The notes under the pieces were generated by a model. That model was not told where the DNA came from. It did no database searches and was given only the letters and a program-made list of their open reading frames with translations. From Candidatus Saccharimonadota bacterium (GTDB lineage: Bacteria; Patescibacteriota; Saccharimonadia; Saccharimonadales; UBA10212), in NCBI GenBank assembly GCA_013815775.1, contig JACDFN010000001.1, positions 109,883 through 173,882 of the forward strand: a DNA stretch of 64,000 nucleotides, in the 5' to 3' direction. Of the stretch, positions 39,626-50,299 are shown in pieces; positions within the stretch are counted from its first letter, which is position 1; each line of letters starts with the position of its first letter. Both the position numbers and the translations under genes were made by a program.

Positions 39626-40047
39626 TGCCCAACTCCAAGTTCGCTTATGTAGGTTCGGAATGCAACAGTTCGGCTAACCTTATATTCTGTAAATGTGATA
39701 CTGACATCAATTTGTTTAAGGCCGGTTTGAGGCGTAGTTATAGTGTAGGTTGCGCTTTTTGGACCTCCAACAGTACCGGGAATTTCGGATGTAAAAGCTG
39801 TTGTCCCGTTGTTGATGCTGTTATAGCCGAAACTTCGGAGCGTCTCAACCTTGTTTTGAGCAAGGGTGTTTACTAAAACTAAGTTTCGGGATTGGTAATT
39901 AATCACCGCTAAATTGGTTATTCCAATTGCAACAGCCGGAATAATTATACCCATCAGTACAATAGTGATGATAAGTTCAACTATTGTGAATCCCACTGAA
40001 TTTCCATAGCGGTTTGGTGGATTAAAAGACTCTATATTACACTTCAT
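39622..40047 (-). CDS. PilV-like minor pilin
   Basis: G|FTIVELII, AQNKVE.LR. Confidence 0.85.
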   Translation of the reverse strand: MKCNIESFNPPNRYGNSVGFTIVELIITIVLMGIIIPAVAIGITNLAVINYQSRNLVLVNTLAQNKVETLRSFGYNSINNGTTAFTSEIPGTVGGPKSATYTITTPQTGLKQIDVSITFTEYKVSRTVAFRTYISELGVGQ

Positions 40048-40085
40048 ACCATTTATGGTTAATTTTAATCTGTTTAGTTGAATTT

Positions 40086-40122
40086 AAAAAGGCTCTTCCC
40101 GAAAACCAGGAGGAGCCTTTTT
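40086..40122 (-). terminator. Intrinsic terminator after the major pilin
   Basis: AAAAAGGCTCTTCC...GGAGGAGCCTTTTT. Confidence 0.75.
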
Positions 40123-40138
40123 ATTTTACTATCGTTGT

Positions 40139-40603
40139 TTAGTTTAGACTGTCCTTAGATTTAACTGCTGAAGTTTTCTCTTCAAAGTAGTAAATCTTGA
40201 ACTTAGCACAAGGGTTAGCAGTACATGCTGTTGTACCATCTGCCTCTAGTGGCGTGTAGCCGTATTGGTTCTTAGTTGGTGTTGCGGAGTTGACCATTGA
40301 GTTAGCAGCGAGGTTTGGTGCCCGCCAAGCATTTAAGTCCGCTCCTTTGAGGTTAGCCGTAATCCAGGAGTCGGTGTTAACTTCTCCAGTGAACACAGGA
40401 TAACCAGCGTTATCGGTGTAATAAACTTCCAGCTGCGTAGCAACCGAGTTGGTGTCCGTGCGACGTTCTGTATCACGAGCTCGCTCTTGAACTCCTCTAA
40501 AGCTGTTTAGTACCAGTGCTGCCAAGATACCAATAACAACGATTACAATCAAAAGCTCAACGATTGTAAAGCCTTGATTATTCTTTTTTATATTAAACTT
40601 CAT
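40139..40603 (-). CDS. Type IV major pilin
   Basis: QG|FTIVELLIVIVVIGILAAL, RARD..R, C-terminal Cys pair, AAGGAGG RBS. Confidence 0.93.
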   Translation of the reverse strand: MKFNIKKNNQGFTIVELLIVIVVIGILAALVLNSFRGVQERARDTERRTDTNSVATQLEVYYTDNAGYPVFTGEVNTDSWITANLKGADLNAWRAPNLAANSMVNSATPTKNQYGYTPLEADGTTACTANPCAKFKIYYFEEKTSAVKSKDSLN

Positions 40604-40697
40604 GTCTTGCCACCCTCCTTTAAGGTTTTGTCTTTGCGTGAAGTTAAGCTAATGCTTAATGCTAATGATTATCTATAATCGATATTCACTTGTCAAC

Positions 40698-41912
40698 CTA
40701 TTGAATATTATTAGCAAGGCCGCTAATTGGTCCGATAACACTTGCGGCGATTAAGCCAACCATGCTGCCCATTACTACTATCATGACCGGTTCCAGTATT
40801 GAGCTTAATCCGTTAACTAGAGCATCCACTTCTTCCTCATAGAAATCTGCAACTTTTACCAAAGTTGTAGCAGTTTGTCCTGTTTCTTCTCCCACGGCAA
40901 GCATTTGGCTAACAATAGGTGGGAATACCTGGCTTTTACTGAGCTGAGCAGACAACTGTTTGCCGTTTTTAACCTCATTTGAGGCATCTAGAAGTTCAGT
41001 CTGAATAACGTAGTTGCCAAGAGATTTTGCAGTAACTTCCAAGGATTGTAAAACGGGAACTCCGGCAGCCATTAAGGAAGCAAAGATACGGGCAAACCTG
41101 GCAATTGCTACCTTGGTAACAACTGTCTTTATAACCGGAACTTTTAGCAAAAAAGCATCAAATCTTTGCTTACCCTTTGTAGTCTTGCGCCAACGGTTAA
41201 AAATAATTGGCCCACCAATAAAAATGCCTGCGACGATAAACCATTTTGTTCGTATAAAGCTACTAAGGGCTAGCATAGCGGCAGTCTGAGGTGGCAGTTT
41301 TGCGTCCGGGCCGCCAAGAGAGGTGACCAAGGTACCAATTTTAGGAACTACAAAAATTGTTAGAACAAAGAACGCCATAACCGTAATCACCAAAAGCACA
41401 AGAGGGTAGGTAGTGGCACTTTTAATCTTTGCTCGAATAGCTGCATCCTTCTCCTGCTGCTGAGCTAGTTTCTTTAAAATATCGTCGAGTATACCACCAG
41501 TTTCACCGGCTCGAATCATATTGACGTAAATAGGGGAGAAGGTTGAAGGGTGTTTCTCTAGAGAGTCTGCCAAATTAACACCGCTCTCTATATCCTTAAC
41601 AACAGTAGATAGTTGTTCCTTGAGTTTTTTACTGCTTGTTTGAGCCTGTAATACGGATATTGATCTGGTAAGCGGGATACCAGCATTAATCATGGTGGAT
41701 AGTTGGCGGGTAAAAATTACTAGGTCACGCGCTTTAACTTTGCGAGAGCCAAAACCGGAATGAGATTTCTTAGAGCTTACTTCTTTTACATTTATTGGCT
41801 TTATGTTCTGTTGATTTAAAGTTTGAATCGCAGCTGCTCTTGACGGTGCAGTAATAGTCCCGTTATTTGGCTGGCCGCTGACTCCGAGAGCTGTATAGCT
41901 AAACTGTGCCAT
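40698..41912 (-). CDS. pilC: Type IV pilus platform protein PilC
   Basis: FTRQLSTMINAG, AGETGG.L, YP, VGEETG, LEP. Confidence 0.95.
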   Translation of the reverse strand: MAQFSYTALGVSGQPNNGTITAPSRAAAIQTLNQQNIKPINVKEVSSKKSHSGFGSRKVKARDLVIFTRQLSTMINAGIPLTRSISVLQAQTSSKKLKEQLSTVVKDIESGVNLADSLEKHPSTFSPIYVNMIRAGETGGILDDILKKLAQQQEKDAAIRAKIKSATTYPLVLLVITVMAFFVLTIFVVPKIGTLVTSLGGPDAKLPPQTAAMLALSSFIRTKWFIVAGIFIGGPIIFNRWRKTTKGKQRFDAFLLKVPVIKTVVTKVAIARFARIFASLMAAGVPVLQSLEVTAKSLGNYVIQTELLDASNEVKNGKQLSAQLSKSQVFPPIVSQMLAVGEETGQTATTLVKVADFYEEEVDALVNGLSSILEPVMIVVMGSMVGLIAASVIGPISGLANNIQ

Positions 41913-43714
41913 TATTTTTCAGTGGTTACTCTCATTACCTCTTCAAGAGTTGTTTGGCCGCGAAGAGCTTTAATAAAACCGTCATTTTGCATCGTAATCA
42001 TACCCTCAGCAATGGCTTGTTCTTGGATTGGCTCGCTGGCGGAATTGCTAATGATCAACTTTTGCAGGGTTGGAGTCATTGGCAGGACTTCGTAAATACC
42101 GACTCGTCCCCTAAAAGCACCGATGGGGTTACTGGAACCACTTACCCTCCAAAGCCTTTCGATGGTAGATTCTGTAGTAGAGGGCTTTGCTGAGTCCGGA
42201 ATCGGTTTTCCGTCAGCAGACAGTTGTCCTATAGATCCCTCTATAGCTTGAAGCTCAAGCTCGTGTACGTGTTTCATCTTCTCTGCTGAGTCAACTGAGA
42301 ATGCCTTCCCAATTCTCCTGAGAGTTGCCTCGTCAGGTCGAAATATCTCAGTACTCTCAGGCACTAGTTTTCTAACTAGGCGTTGCCCAACTACTGCACG
42401 TACGGTACTGGCAATTAAGAAAGGCTCTATGCCCATATCCAGAAGGCGCGGCAGGCAAGTCGCTGCATTATTTGTGTGCAGGGTGCTGAAAACTAAGTGC
42501 CCGGTCAATGCTGCCTGAACTGCAAGATTGGCGGTTTCGGCATCCCTAATCTCACCCACCATAATAATGTTAGGATCTTGCCTGAGCAAAGCGCGGAGTG
42601 CATTAGGAAAAGTCATACCAGCCACCGGATTTACCTGAACTTGGTTAACTCCAGGGATTCTATATTCCACGGGGTCTTCAACCGTACTAATGTTTACGGA
42701 TGGTTGATTTAGACGACTTAATATACTAAATAAGCTGGTACTTTTGCCAGAGCCCGTGGGGCCGGTGAATAAAATCATTCCGTGGGGCCGGGTTAGGGCT
42801 TGTTCAAGGTTTTCCAAGCTGGTGCCCCAAAATCCAAGTTCTTGCAAAGTAGAAGGTTTACTTGATTCATTTAGAATACGCATGACTACTTTTTCACCAT
42901 CAACAATTGGCAAGGTACTAACACGAAGAGCATACTGCCCACTGCCCACAACAACCTTAAATCGTCCGTCTTGGGGGACACGTCTTTCGTCTATTTTTAG
43001 GTTGCTCAAGATTTTAATACGACTCACCAGCGGGGCAAGCATCTTCTTAGGCAGTCGGTTGGTTTCTTTGAGCTGTCCGTCGATACGGTACCGAATACTT
43101 ACGTAATCATCTCTTGGCTCAATGTGAACATCGCTAGCACTCTGCTTAATAGCGTATTCCACTATCAAGTTCACCGATTTTGCGACTGGACTATCTTCAG
43201 CGACATCTTCTTCGCGGATTTTTTCATCGGCCTCGGCAGTTTCACTACTAGCAACAGCTTGGGTAAGTTCGCCGCCTATATTGGTTCGGTACTGGTCGAT
43301 GGCCGATAAAATATTCGACCTGGGCGCAATATAGACCTTTACGTTCGTACCGAGCTGTTTTTGCAAGAAGTTAAGGGCTTGCACATCGTCAGGGTCTTCC
43401 ATTGCGAGGTGGGGATTACCGTCTTTTTGAACCTCAAACACCACGGCATTATATTGACGGGCTATGCGCTCGGGAATTAGCTTGAGGGCATCTTTGCCGA
43501 TATTGCGCGGGTTAATCTCCACAAATGGCACATCAATTTGCTCTGCGTATAGCTGGGTTAAATCTTTCTCAGATAAGAGGTTATTTCTGACGGCGACGTC
43601 TTGAAGCGGCCGCTTCTCAGTCTTATGCTGCTCAAGCAAAACCTTGAGCTGGTCGTCATTAATTTTTTTACTCTGTTTTAAGAGTTCAATGACAAGGCTG
43701 TCACTAATACGCAT
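41912..43714 (-). CDS. pilB: Type IV pilus extension ATPase PilB
   Basis: ASDVHIEP, PQDGR, GPTGSGKS, EDPVEY, LRQDP, TGHLV.STLH. Confidence 0.95.
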   Translation of the reverse strand: MRISDSLVIELLKQSKKINDDQLKVLLEQHKTEKRPLQDVAVRNNLLSEKDLTQLYAEQIDVPFVEINPRNIGKDALKLIPERIARQYNAVVFEVQKDGNPHLAMEDPDDVQALNFLQKQLGTNVKVYIAPRSNILSAIDQYRTNIGGELTQAVASSETAEADEKIREEDVAEDSPVAKSVNLIVEYAIKQSASDVHIEPRDDYVSIRYRIDGQLKETNRLPKKMLAPLVSRIKILSNLKIDERRVPQDGRFKVVVGSGQYALRVSTLPIVDGEKVVMRILNESSKPSTLQELGFWGTSLENLEQALTRPHGMILFTGPTGSGKSTSLFSILSRLNQPSVNISTVEDPVEYRIPGVNQVQVNPVAGMTFPNALRALLRQDPNIIMVGEIRDAETANLAVQAALTGHLVFSTLHTNNAATCLPRLLDMGIEPFLIASTVRAVVGQRLVRKLVPESTEIFRPDEATLRRIGKAFSVDSAEKMKHVHELELQAIEGSIGQLSADGKPIPDSAKPSTTESTIERLWRVSGSSNPIGAFRGRVGIYEVLPMTPTLQKLIISNSASEPIQEQAIAEGMITMQNDGFIKALRGQTTLEEVMRVTTEK

Positions 43715-43871
43715 ACGCTTAGTATAGCGTACTGCAAGGGTATCACTAGGGTTAAATTATTTAAAAATTTTGGTGAAAAAATTACTAAGCATCAACATTT
43801 TTATAGGGTTCGTAAGCTTGCTATACTTTAATGTATAAGGCGCACGGGCGCATTTTTACTAGGAGGTGTTT

Positions 43872-44897
43872 ATGGCTAAGGGTGATGTGGCTAAGGTGTC
43901 GGGTTCGGCTAAAGATGGTAAGAAAGAAGCTCTGAATCTGGCGATGAGCCAAATTGAGAAGCAGTTTGGCAGGGGTTCCATAATGCGGTTGGGGGAAGCC
44001 CAGCATGCCGATATAGCAACTACGCCAACCGGTAGCATTAGTTTAGACCTAGCACTCGGGGGAGGAATTCCTAAAGGTCGAATCATTGAAATTTACGGTC
44101 CGGAAAGTTCTGGAAAAACTACACTAAGCCTACATATAGTAGCCGAAGTTCAAAAAGGTGGCGGTACAGCAGCGTATGTTGATGCCGAGCATGCACTTGA
44201 TCCGGCATATGCTAAGCGCATTGGAGTAAACACTGATGAATTGCTGCTCAGCCAACCCGACAGCGGAGAGCAGGCGTTAGAGGTAGTAGAGACTCTAGTT
44301 CGCAGCAATGCTGTGGATATTATCGTTGTTGATTCAGTTGCCGCTCTAGTACCCCAGGCAGAGATAGAGGGCGATATGGGTGATGCTCATATGGGCTTGC
44401 AAGCTCGGCTTATGAGCCAAGCCCTACGTAAGCTTACTGGGGTAATCAGTAAAACCAACTGTACCGTTATTTTTGTAAACCAACTTAGGATGAAAATTGG
44501 TATTATGTTCGGTAACCCCGAAACAACAACAGGCGGAAACGCGCTTAAGTTCTACGCCACGGTTAGGATGGATATCCGGCGAACGAGTCAGCTAAAATCA
44601 GGCGACCGGGTAATTGGTAATCATTGCCGAGTCAAGGTTGTTAAGAATAAAGTGGCTCCTCCTTTCCGAGAGGCCGAATTTGACATCATGTATAACGAAG
44701 GTATTAGCCGAGAGGGAGACATCATAGACCTTGCGGCCCTCCATGAAGTAGTGATAAAGAGCGGTGCCTGGTACGAGTATGAAGGCCAGAAAATTGCCCA
44801 GGGCAGGGAAGCCGCCAAGAAGTATTTAAGGGACAATCCTAAAGTACTGGAAAAAGTGGCTAAACAGACAATAGAAGCTGCTTTAAAAACTGAGTAG
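43872..44897 (+). CDS. recA: Recombinase RecA
   Basis: [40 protein letters not shown]. Confidence 0.99.
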   Translation: MAKGDVAKVSGSAKDGKKEALNLAMSQIEKQFGRGSIMRLGEAQHADIATTPTGSISLDLALGGGIPKGRIIEIYGPESSGKTTLSLHIVAEVQKGGGTAAYVDAEHALDPAYAKRIGVNTDELLLSQPDSGEQALEVVETLVRSNAVDIIVVDSVAALVPQAEIEGDMGDAHMGLQARLMSQALRKLTGVISKTNCTVIFVNQLRMKIGIMFGNPETTTGGNALKFYATVRMDIRRTSQLKSGDRVIGNHCRVKVVKNKVAPPFREAEFDIMYNEGISREGDIIDLAALHEVVIKSGAWYEYEGQKIAQGREAAKKYLRDNPKVLEKVAKQTIEAALKTE

Positions 44898-44911
44898 AGT
44901 AAATTCATCAT

Positions 44912-45364
44912 ATGATAGCAATTAATCACGCTCTAACAGGCGGAATCGTTGCCATTTCTGTTAGCAAACCGATATTAGCTTTGCCTGCGGCACTGGCAAG
45001 TCATTTTTTTTTAGATATGCTGCCCCACTGGGACTATAAGGTTCCAAGTGCTATAAAATATCGTCCACTTATTATCGGCATGGACATACTGGTCAGTACT
45101 ATAGCCATCTTATTCTTAGGATTATTTCTTGATGTTGAGTATTGGCTTTTTGCGCTTGGTGCGTTACTTGGTGTACTTCCAGATATTATGTGGTTGCCAT
45201 ATATATTCTTCGGTCGACCGACGCCTTATGACAAAAAAAACATCCTTCATACCCTAAGGCGTTTCCATTTTAGAATTCAGTGGAGTGAGTCTGCGAGCGG
45301 CCTTTTCGTAGAGTTAGGATGGCTTTTTATGCTTGTGGTCTTGCTGGTTAATCTGGGCAAGTAA
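44912..45364 (+). CDS. Membrane metal-dependent hydrolase-like protein
   Basis: H...G, SHF.LD.LPH, LPD motifs with TMs. Confidence 0.7.
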   Translation: MIAINHALTGGIVAISVSKPILALPAALASHFFLDMLPHWDYKVPSAIKYRPLIIGMDILVSTIAILFLGLFLDVEYWLFALGALLGVLPDIMWLPYIFFGRPTPYDKKNILHTLRRFHFRIQWSESASGLFVELGWLFMLVVLLVNLGK

Positions 45365-45365
45365 A

Positions 45366-45977
45366 ATGAAAATTACGGCTATTAAGCATCAGGTCAAAAA
45401 CTTAGATAGGGTGAGCGTATTTGTAGATGGCAAGTACGGTTTTTCTCTAAGTCTAGATGAGCTACTTTCTCAGCAGATTAAAAATAATGATGATATAGAC
45501 GGAGTACACCTAAAAAAACTGAAAAAATTGTCCGAAGATGGAAAGCTGAGAGCGCGGGCGTTGGAGTGGCTCTTTGGCCGGCCACATTCGATAAAAGAAT
45601 TTAAGGATTATATGTGGCGGAAAAAGGCCGACTCAGAATTAACCGAAAAACTTATCTTAGAGTTTACCCATAAAAAATATTTAGATGATATTGGGTTCGG
45701 GGTTTGGCTTGTAGAGATGCGACAGCGGTCGGGCAAGAGCAACCGTCAAATCAAAAGCGAGTTATTCAGTAAGGGTTTATCGAAAGAAGATGCAGATGCT
45801 GTATTGGAAGGCCAGCCGGAAACTGAGCAGGATAGATTGAAGAACCTCATAAATAAAAAAAGCAAAATACCACGCTACCGTGATGACTCAGCAAAACTAG
45901 CAAAATATCTTGTAGGCCAAGGATTTTCTTGGGGAGATGTAAAACAAGCACTTGCTCTTAGGGAGTTCGAAGACTAG
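45366..45977 (+). CDS. recX: RecX family regulator
   Basis: RPHS.KE, YLDD, I..EL..KG, YL..QGF; downstream of recA. Confidence 0.9.
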   Translation: MKITAIKHQVKNLDRVSVFVDGKYGFSLSLDELLSQQIKNNDDIDGVHLKKLKKLSEDGKLRARALEWLFGRPHSIKEFKDYMWRKKADSELTEKLILEFTHKKYLDDIGFGVWLVEMRQRSGKSNRQIKSELFSKGLSKEDADAVLEGQPETEQDRLKNLINKKSKIPRYRDDSAKLAKYLVGQGFSWGDVKQALALREFED

Positions 45978-46495
45978 GCCGGTGCTGTGGCACCTGAAAG
46001 TTCTTCCTGGGTGGCGTGAATCTCGTTGTCACGTACTAATATGTGGTGATCTGTGACCTCCAATATTTGAGTACGATCTACGATGACAGTATCTTCTGAG
46101 GAGAAAACTTTAATTAACGACCTTACAACATATAGTTTCTGCACGAATAGTCCGTCGTTGTAGCTGTAATCACTAACTTTACCCAGCTTCTGATTTTTAG
46201 TCTTTACTGGCTTATCCAGAAGTTGAAAGCGGATATCTAGAACTTCGCGGTGTCGTACTAAATCTTCGGGAGCGGTTAACTCATCGACATCGTTTACTAT
46301 CAACCCATTGGCATCAATTTCTCGCAAGTTCTCAGCCAGCAAAACTAACTGCCCGTTCCCTGGGCTTTTGCACCACCAACCCAATATTTTTAAGTTGTGT
46401 GGGTTTATTATTGGCTCTAAAGCCACGGCAATCTGTGTTCCGCTGTGCAGACTAAGTACTGGTTGATTGCGCAAGCTGCCGCTCATTCTAAGCAT
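45974..46495 (-). CDS. PRC-barrel domain protein
   Basis: PV.SL..G, IINP.NL, V.T...KLGKV.DY. Confidence 0.75.
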   Translation of the reverse strand: MLRMSGSLRNQPVLSLHSGTQIAVALEPIINPHNLKILGWWCKSPGNGQLVLLAENLREIDANGLIVNDVDELTAPEDLVRHREVLDIRFQLLDKPVKTKNQKLGKVSDYSYNDGLFVQKLYVVRSLIKVFSSEDTVIVDRTQILEVTDHHILVRDNEIHATQEELSGATAPA

Positions 46496-46679
46496 AACAA
46501 CTTAAGTATATCCTAAGTATTGCGGGGGCGCAGTAATTATTAGGGAGTTGAAAAAACTAATGCTTTATGTTAATATAATCAACTTCTAGGGCTGTTTTAA
46601 TAGCTACGTCTTAGAAGTGCACAAGGGGTCACAAGACCCTAAAACAGGCCGTAGACGGCCTTAACAATCTGGAGGAAAA

Positions 46680-47132
46680 GTGTTTATATTTGAAGCACTG
46701 GAGTCGCTATCGAAGTTCGACTTCGTTGCCTTGATGGTTGCTGCCGCGGTGTTCATCGTCGTCAGCCACTCGGTGTTCAATATCATCGGCATCATCAACG
46801 ACGCAAAGCATCCCGACATGCGCTTCCATAGGCGGCGCAACCCAAACCCGTACTACTTCCGAGTCATGGCGGCCATGTTTGGCGTGTGCTTTGTCGGCGC
46901 CATCGACATTGGTCTGCACATCGGGTATTTCCGGGGAGTATATCCCTTCCTGGCTTACCCGTTTTTCGAGTTCTTGGTATTTCTCGGCACTGTCGCCATC
47001 GGCGCCATTGTGTCATTCGGCATCGTCATGGTCGCCAAGGCCGTTGCGCGCCGTCATGGGCTTGGGTCCATGGCGCAGATCCACTACATCAATGGTGACA
47101 ATCGACGTACCAGACGCTCGACGGGCCGCTAG
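46680..47132 (+). CDS. GC-rich hypothetical membrane protein
   Basis: GGAGG RBS, three TMs, own promoter and downstream hairpin. Confidence 0.7.
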   Translation: MFIFEALESLSKFDFVALMVAAAVFIVVSHSVFNIIGIINDAKHPDMRFHRRRNPNPYYFRVMAAMFGVCFVGAIDIGLHIGYFRGVYPFLAYPFFEFLVFLGTVAIGAIVSFGIVMVAKAVARRHGLGSMAQIHYINGDNRRTRRSTGR

Positions 47133-47167
47133 AGCTGTCCTCTATTTTCGTTTTTCCTCCAGTTCAC

Positions 47168-47197
47168 CGCGGGAGCGGCGGCATGCGCCGCTCCCGC
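47168..47197. terminator. Strong GC hairpin between convergent genes
   Basis: GCGGGAGCGGCG-gcatg-CGCCGCTCCCGC. Confidence 0.65.
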
Positions 47198-47239
47198 CTT
47201 AAACAAAGTCTTTAAATTTTGAAGGTTTTGTTTAAGATT

Positions 47240-47443
47240 TTATTGATCCAACTTGTCTTGAATGTCGTTAGCTCGGTTCTTCACATCCTGTGTTTGGTCC
47301 TGTAGGTTCTCAGCTTGTTCTATGGCATTGACGGTGCCGTCTTTAATCTGGGTGACGTCTTCAGCGCGTGAAACATAAAAATAAGCGGCAAGCACTATAC
47401 CAAGCACTAGCACCAGAAGAAAAGGGATTCTTAATATTGCCAT
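47240..47443 (-). CDS. Small single-TM coiled-coil protein
   Basis: TM followed by a Q/N/D-rich helix. Confidence 0.65.
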   Translation of the reverse strand: MAILRIPFLLVLVLGIVLAAYFYVSRAEDVTQIKDGTVNAIEQAENLQDQTQDVKNRANDIQDKLDQ

Positions 47444-47572
47444 CTCGCACTTAATTCTACAGCACTAGTGTTTCAACTTTAAAAAGCTACCGCTGAGTTA
47501 AATAAAATCTACAACATATTTATTTCCATAATCACTTTTCATAAAGAAGTCGCTGAATATAATAGAAACTAA

Positions 47573-48967
47573 ATGAAGCGGCCCATAGCCAATCTATGGG
47601 TGGGAACACTCTCCTTGCTGCTGTGCTTAACCAGCTTCTCATCCTTAGTATCGGCTCAAGCATTTAGCCCTCAAGAACTAACTTTAATAGAAGTTAAAAT
47701 GACCAGCTCGGAAACAGTGGTTATTCAAAATACCAGTAGTGTAGAGCTGAACCTGAGCAACTACCTTGTCCAGTACTTCAACAAACATAACCCGGCGTCT
47801 TTGAGTGTACCAACCGACGCCCAACAATTGCCGGACATGGTTCTGGCCCCAAAACAGACGATTTTATTAAACAGTGACAGCGCCGCTACCTGTGGAGCTG
47901 CAGCGGTAGCTGAGTTGGATTTTACGCTCAGTGATAGTAGTGGGTATTTGATGCTAGTTAAAGTTGAACCCCAGAGCGATGGCAGCTTTATATATCGCCC
48001 TCAGGACCGAGTAAACTGGACATCCACAACTTCCGGTGCGGATTTGCTTAAAGTACCATCAGCCACAGCCGACGCCAAAGCGGTGTGGTATAGAAAAATA
48101 GTTGATGGCTCTTGGCAGCAGGCTCAGTTAGGTAATGACTGCAGCCTTCTTATGCCTGCGATAGAGCCAGCCAATACCCCTACCTACCTACAGTGGGCTA
48201 CCGGCGAGGAACCGCCAGCCACTATTGTTAGTGCGACGGCCACTAGCTCCGCAGAATCGATTATCCCCCCTGCCAATATTGGCCTGCCAGGACCGGTGGT
48301 TACTGAGCTCTTACCAAATACTGCCCAGGGGCAAACTGATTCAGAAGACGAGTTCATCGAGCTTTATAATGGAGGCTCTAAGCCATATGAGCTCAGCGGC
48401 TACATCCTAGAGGTTGGTCTGACCACTAAGCGGGTTTATAAAATCCCTGGCGGTACAACAATTGCCGCCAAAAGCTTCAAAACTTTTTTCTCTAGCGATA
48501 CCGGCCTAGCTCTGTCCAATACTGGCAGCCAGGCGAGCCTGCTTGACCCGCTGGGCAATGTAGTGAGTCGGGCAGCCGATTATTCTAGCGCTAAGGACGG
48601 ACATAGCTGGGCACTAGCCAACGGTAAATGGTACTGGAGCACAAGTCCGACGCCCAGCTTGGCCAACGTCATAAAACAGCCGGTGGCTAAAATGTCGTCC
48701 GCTACCAAAAAATCTACTTTAAATAAATCCAGCGCCGGTGTGGTCAGGGCTGCGTCCACCACAAATACAAGCGGTTCAGCTGGAGTAAGCAGTTCGCTTG
48801 ACCCTACTGGCAACGCTCCGGGTAAGGTTCATCCATTGGTGCTTGCGGGGGTAGGCGGTCTGGCCTTACTATATGCTGGTTATGAGTACCGTCATGATGT
48901 GGCAAACCAGTTCTACCGGCTACGCCGATACCGAGCGGCTAGGCGAGAGCCTGGGCCAACTGCTTAA
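47573..48967 (+). CDS. Lamin-tail-domain surface protein
   Basis: Signal peptide, TELLPN...D..DEFIELYN, LSN.G, C-terminal TM. Confidence 0.85.
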   Translation: MKRPIANLWVGTLSLLLCLTSFSSLVSAQAFSPQELTLIEVKMTSSETVVIQNTSSVELNLSNYLVQYFNKHNPASLSVPTDAQQLPDMVLAPKQTILLNSDSAATCGAAAVAELDFTLSDSSGYLMLVKVEPQSDGSFIYRPQDRVNWTSTTSGADLLKVPSATADAKAVWYRKIVDGSWQQAQLGNDCSLLMPAIEPANTPTYLQWATGEEPPATIVSATATSSAESIIPPANIGLPGPVVTELLPNTAQGQTDSEDEFIELYNGGSKPYELSGYILEVGLTTKRVYKIPGGTTIAAKSFKTFFSSDTGLALSNTGSQASLLDPLGNVVSRAADYSSAKDGHSWALANGKWYWSTSPTPSLANVIKQPVAKMSSATKKSTLNKSSAGVVRAASTTNTSGSAGVSSSLDPTGNAPGKVHPLVLAGVGGLALLYAGYEYRHDVANQFYRLRRYRAARREPGPTA

Positions 48968-49382
48968 GGGAGGGGAAGTGCTAGAGCTATGCGCCGACCT
49001 TGGTGGCGGAAAAACCACCTTTACCCGCGGGTTGGCACGAGGGTTAGAAAGTCAAGACACTGTTTCCAGCCCCACCTTTACACTAAAAAAAATTTACAAG
49101 GGCAGGGCAGGACTGGAAATTCACCACTTCGATTTCTACCGGTTAAATGAACCCGGCATAGTTGCCGACCAACTGGCTGAGTCGTTGAAAGACCTAAAAG
49201 TTGTTACCGTCGTTGAGTGGAGTGACAGCATTAGGGATGTATTGCCTGAAGAAAGACTTTGTATTGAGTTTCATCCAACCTCAGACGTTGCAGAAAAGCG
49301 GACCATGCACATTCACTATCCAGAGTCTAAAGCAGCTCTTATTAAAGAGTTAGAAACAAACCTAACTGAGGTAGAACCATGA
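48882..49382 (+). CDS. tsaE: t6A biosynthesis ATPase TsaE
   Basis: DLGGGKTT, SSPTF, HFDFYRL, VEW. Start uncertain (48873-48897). Confidence 0.95.
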   Translation: MSTVMMWQTSSTGYADTERLGESLGQLLKGGEVLELCADLGGGKTTFTRGLARGLESQDTVSSPTFTLKKIYKGRAGLEIHHFDFYRLNEPGIVADQLAESLKDLKVVTVVEWSDSIRDVLPEERLCIEFHPTSDVAEKRTMHIHYPESKAALIKELETNLTEVEP

Positions 49383-49771
49383 TAATCCTAACCATAAGAA
49401 CCGACCGGGAAGTAGCAGAAGTAGGTGTCTATGATAGCCAAAACCAACTTGCCTATGACAGCTGGCAAGCCCACCGAGCCCTTTCCACAACTTTAAATAA
49501 GAAGATATTAGAAATACTTAACAAGTTAAGTATTTCTAGGGAAGAAGTGCAGGGGATTGTTGTATTTAAAGGTCCGGGCAGTTTTACAGGTCTGCGTATT
49601 GGGATGACTGTAGCCAACGCCCTAGCCTACGGTCTAAACCTTCCAATTGTATCCCACGGCGGTGAGCAGTGGTTAACACAGGGGGTCAAAGCCCTAGAAG
49701 CCGGAGAAAATGAGAAAATAGCCCTGCCCGAATATGGTTCACCAGCTAAGACGACCGCTCCCCGAAGCTAG
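49379..49771 (+). CDS. tsaB: t6A biosynthesis protein TsaB (short)
   Basis: GPGSFTGLRIG...ANAL, C-terminal PEY. Confidence 0.9.
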   Translation: MIILTIRTDREVAEVGVYDSQNQLAYDSWQAHRALSTTLNKKILEILNKLSISREEVQGIVVFKGPGSFTGLRIGMTVANALAYGLNLPIVSHGGEQWLTQGVKALEAGENEKIALPEYGSPAKTTAPRS

Positions 49772-50239
49772 TTAGGTGCTCCAATGCTTGGTGTGTCGGA
49801 AGTAAAGAAGCATGAGAGTATAAAGTACCAAAGTCGATACTCCCAGTATTGCCTCGTGGGTAATTAAGGTGGCTTCGCTGCCATTGGTAAACCTAAAGGA
49901 GCTGTTTAATTGAAATCTGATTTGCTGAAGCATTGTGAAGGTTAGTAAGCCAGAAGAGGCAATTACTATATTTTCAAAAAGTATGGGCAGGTTCAGCCGC
50001 TTACCCTTCGGGTTTAAAAAATAAACAACAACAAAAAATAGCAGCGGCAGCAATATGGAGGTAAAAGTAATCCAGTAAATAATATATGAGCTTGACCCGT
50101 AGCCTACATGCTCAAAGAATCCCTTAATAGTGATTAGCTGAATAATTGCCATTGTGGAAAAAACGCCCAGCACAGCCAGGACAAAGACTCTTTGAAAAAA
50201 GCTTGGAACTTGAGTTTTTTGATTTTGATTTTTTTTCAT
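49772..50239 (-). CDS. Hypothetical membrane protein
   Basis: Four TM segments. Confidence 0.7.
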   Translation of the reverse strand: MKKNQNQKTQVPSFFQRVFVLAVLGVFSTMAIIQLITIKGFFEHVGYGSSSYIIYWITFTSILLPLLFFVVVYFLNPKGKRLNLPILFENIVIASSGLLTFTMLQQIRFQLNSSFRFTNGSEATLITHEAILGVSTLVLYTLMLLYFRHTKHWST

Positions 50240-50299
50240 TATACTTATGCTAACTATACTCTCGTTGACTAGGGGCCTTCAATAGTTTTATATTAGTGA

